NCBI RefSeq assembly: GCF_900167955.1
Contig: NZ_FUYK01000001.1
Span: 51,550 to 79,343 of the forward strand
Reading direction: 5' to 3'
Length of the DNA: 27,794 nucleotides
Source: Candidatus Nitrosotalea bavarica
GTDB lineage: Archaea; Thermoproteota; Nitrososphaeria; Nitrososphaerales; Nitrosopumilaceae
The translations under genes were made by a program, and so were the position numbers. The notes under the pieces are model-generated. The model saw nothing but the letters and a program-made list of their open reading frames with translations. It was not told the DNA's origin and ran no database searches. Shown in pieces: positions 26,075 to 27,794 of the stretch. Position 1 is the stretch's first letter. Every line of letters starts with the position of its first letter.

Positions 26075-27015
26075 TGCCTAGTCTTGCAGAGATTGTAATT
26101 GGTATAGTCCAATCTCTTTTCATCATATCATTTTCGCCTCTGATGGTTGGAATAATGAATAAAACCAAGGCAAGAACGCAGAAAAGAATCGGCTCAAGCG
26201 TATTTCAGCCCTATTATGACATCATAAAACTTGTACGTAAAGACGAAGTGGTGTCAGACCAGAGTTCATGGATCTTTAGATCGTCACCGTGGATTAACTT
26301 TGTAGCTATTGGTACTGCCGCATTTTTTATTCCCATATTTCTTTCATATTCACCGTTTGGATTAGTAGGAGATATACTGCTAGTTATTGGCCTGTTTGCC
26401 CTTGCTAGATTTTTTACAATGTTGGCAGGTCTTGACGTATCTAGTTCCTTTGGCGGATTTGGAAGTAGTAGGGAGATGATGATGTCTATGCTTTTGGAAC
26501 CTGCATTGTTTCTTACAATATTTGTTGTATCTCTCACATATGGAGGAAGTAACATTAGTGGCATAGTAACTACATCTGCGGATTCTTCATTGATTTCTCA
26601 TCCACAACTAATCTTTGCAATGATTGCAATGTTTGTCATCATATTAGGTGAAACGGGTAGATTACCATTTGGTAATTCAGCAACACATCTTGAACTTACC
26701 ATGATTCATGAGGCAACGGTTCTAGAATATTCAGGTAAGAGTTTAGCTCTCATAGAATGGTCATCAGCAATAAAGCAACTCATACTGTTATCGTTAATTA
26801 TCAATATCTTTGTTCCGTGGGGAATCTCTTCATCTGTATCAGTACCATTACTTACAACAGGACTGCTATTGTTTATCGTAAAAGTTTCATTACTTGCTGT
26901 ATCTATCGCATTTCTAGAATCAAGAGTTGCCAGGTGGCGTCTTTTTAGATTGCCAGATTTGATTGCGATGGCAATTGCTAGTTCCATGATTGGAGTTGTT
27001 TTCTACTATCTCTAG
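26074..27015 (+). CDS. hyfC: HyfC/HycD-like membrane subunit (NuoH family)
   Basis: 313 aa. FQPYYDIIKLVRKDEV, LARFFTMLAGLDVSSSFGGFGSSREMMMSMLLEPALFL and ETGRLPFGNSATHLELTMIHEATVLEYSGKSLALIEW track the recalled E. coli HyfC/HycD sequence block for block. The ATG overlaps the hyfB stop (TAATG). Confidence 0.88.
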   Translation: MPSLAEIVIGIVQSLFIISFSPLMVGIMNKTKARTQKRIGSSVFQPYYDIIKLVRKDEVVSDQSSWIFRSSPWINFVAIGTAAFFIPIFLSYSPFGLVGDILLVIGLFALARFFTMLAGLDVSSSFGGFGSSREMMMSMLLEPALFLTIFVVSLTYGGSNISGIVTTSADSSLISHPQLIFAMIAMFVIILGETGRLPFGNSATHLELTMIHEATVLEYSGKSLALIEWSSAIKQLILLSLIINIFVPWGISSSVSVPLLTTGLLLFIVKVSLLAVSIAFLESRVARWRLFRLPDLIAMAIASSMIGVVFYYL

Positions 27016-27684
27016 TTGATAATTATGGACACACATCAAATCATGATATTTTCTGGTGCTATACTCCTCATTGCTACCTTTGGTATTGTCACAAGACGTG
27101 GATTTGCGGACTGGCTTGGTGCATATAGATATCAATCAATTGTTCTTGCAGCAGTGACTGCACTAATTGCATATGTGACAGGAATTTGGGAGATCTATAT
27201 TGCTGCAGGTCTCACCCTTGTAATAAAATCAATAATAATTCCCAAAGTCTTACTTTACGTAACAAGAAATCTTGAGATAGAATTCAAGGTAGAAACAAAT
27301 CCATACGTAAGTCTTAGAGCATCAGTAATAATCTCCGCATTTCTTGTTGCGTTGTCATATTTTTTAACACAGCAAATACCATTCAAGTCAGATCCAATAG
27401 TAAGCACTTACTTGCCAATATCTATCGCATTATTTCTCATAGGTCTTTTTGTAATTGTAAACAGGAGATCTGCACTCAATCAAGTAGTTGGTCTTTTGAT
27501 AATAGAAAATGGGCTCTTTCTATTCACCCTGACATTGACGCATGGTGTATCACTCATCATCGAGATGGGCATTTTTGCAGACATATTGGTTGGAATCATA
27601 ATTTCATCCATATTGCTGCTTAGGATTAGCCGCACATTTGATAGCCTAGATGTGGGAAAACTGCAAAACTTGAGGGATGATTAG
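27016..27684 (+). CDS. hyfE: HyfE-like hydrogenase-4 membrane subunit (NuoK-related)
   Basis: 222 aa. The C-terminal half NRRSALNQVVGLLIIENGLFLFTLTL...IIEMGIFADILVGIIISSILLLRISRTFDSLDVGKLQNLRD aligns by eye with recalled E. coli HyfE (QRNILRQIFGYCLMENGSHLV...EIGIATDAIFAVIVMVLLARKI..HGTLDVNNLTALKG). TTG 27016 directly abuts the hyfC stop; ATG 27025 is an alternative start. Confidence 0.82.
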   Translation: MIIMDTHQIMIFSGAILLIATFGIVTRRGFADWLGAYRYQSIVLAAVTALIAYVTGIWEIYIAAGLTLVIKSIIIPKVLLYVTRNLEIEFKVETNPYVSLRASVIISAFLVALSYFLTQQIPFKSDPIVSTYLPISIALFLIGLFVIVNRRSALNQVVGLLIIENGLFLFTLTLTHGVSLIIEMGIFADILVGIIISSILLLRISRTFDSLDVGKLQNLRDD

Positions 27685-27794
27685 ATGGAGTTGACAGATA
27701 TTTTCAGTGGATCAAATGGTACTATACTTGCACTACTCTTGACTCCAGTCATAGGAGCAATTCTTGTTACTGTGATAAGACAAAAAAGAATATC
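27685..27794 (+). CDS. hyfF: HyfF-like antiporter-type subunit, N-terminal fragment truncated by the window end
   Basis: The ATG immediately follows the hyfE TAG. MELTDIFSGSNGTILALLLTPVIGAILVTVIRQKRI resembles the HyfF N-terminus (..[23 protein letters not shown]) and sits at the expected position after HyfE. Only 36 codons are visible. Confidence 0.55.
   Translation, partial: MELTDIFSGSNGTILALLLTPVIGAILVTVIRQKRI

Noticed and set aside
841-27135. The remaining short track ORFs nested inside or antisense to the long genes: 841-1107, 2182-2490, 3004-3222, 4392-4592, 5132-5356, 5764-6165, 6916-7116, 7274-7465, 7488-7673, 7646-7891, 9798-9986, 11778-12017, 12746-13045, 13067-13330, 13425-13610, 13469-13789, 14111-14344, 15030-15233, 15834-16067, 15839-16123, 16173-16373, 16360-16551, 17108-17407, 18258-18515, 19470-19784, 20235-20513, 20365-20634, 20631-20819, 22189-22485, 23311-23610, 25195-25395, 25303-25719, 25962-26168, 26214-26564, 26706-26987, 26757-26948, 26920-27135
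   Set aside because: Each lies wholly within a longer ORF that carries recognisable family motifs. Their translations are compositionally odd (Cys/Trp/His-rich or low complexity) and none has a motif of its own.
1-27794. A scan for CRISPR arrays, rRNA genes, IS elements/transposases, integrases, and long direct or inverted repeats
   Set aside because: None was recognised by eye on either strand. Short AT-rich repeats are at the level expected for this base composition. A computational repeat search would be needed to exclude imperfect repeats.

Overview
This is a densely coded, AT-rich chromosomal segment. By gene content it looks like a Nitrosopumilales-type ammonia-oxidising thaumarchaeon (Nitrososphaeria). 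Three lineage markers support this: a eukaryote-type DNA topoisomerase IB, an ADP-forming acyl-CoA synthetase followed 1 nt later by an enoyl-CoA hydratase (the 3-hydroxypropionate/4-hydroxybutyrate cycle pair), and an intron-containing tRNA(CAT).

I support about 26 protein genes on both strands and one tRNA:
- housekeeping genes: glutamate dehydrogenase, IscA/HesB, a TatA-like protein, UbiE/MenG methyltransferase, an MFS transporter and an SDR;
- two orphan histidine kinases;
- a large DEAH helicase with a DUF1998 zinc module;
- a patatin-like lipase, a pentameric ligand-gated ion channel (pLGIC)-like protein and a DUF2252 protein.

The item most worth following up is at the 3' edge. From 24035 to the window end there is a translationally coupled HyfB-HyfC-HyfE-HyfF-like membrane module of the hydrogenase-4 / energy-converting-hydrogenase-related type. 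This is unexpected in this kind of organism, and the window cuts it off before any catalytic subunits.

I saw no CRISPR array, rRNA, transposase, integrase or long repeat. All family calls come from motif recognition by eye, since no searches could be run.
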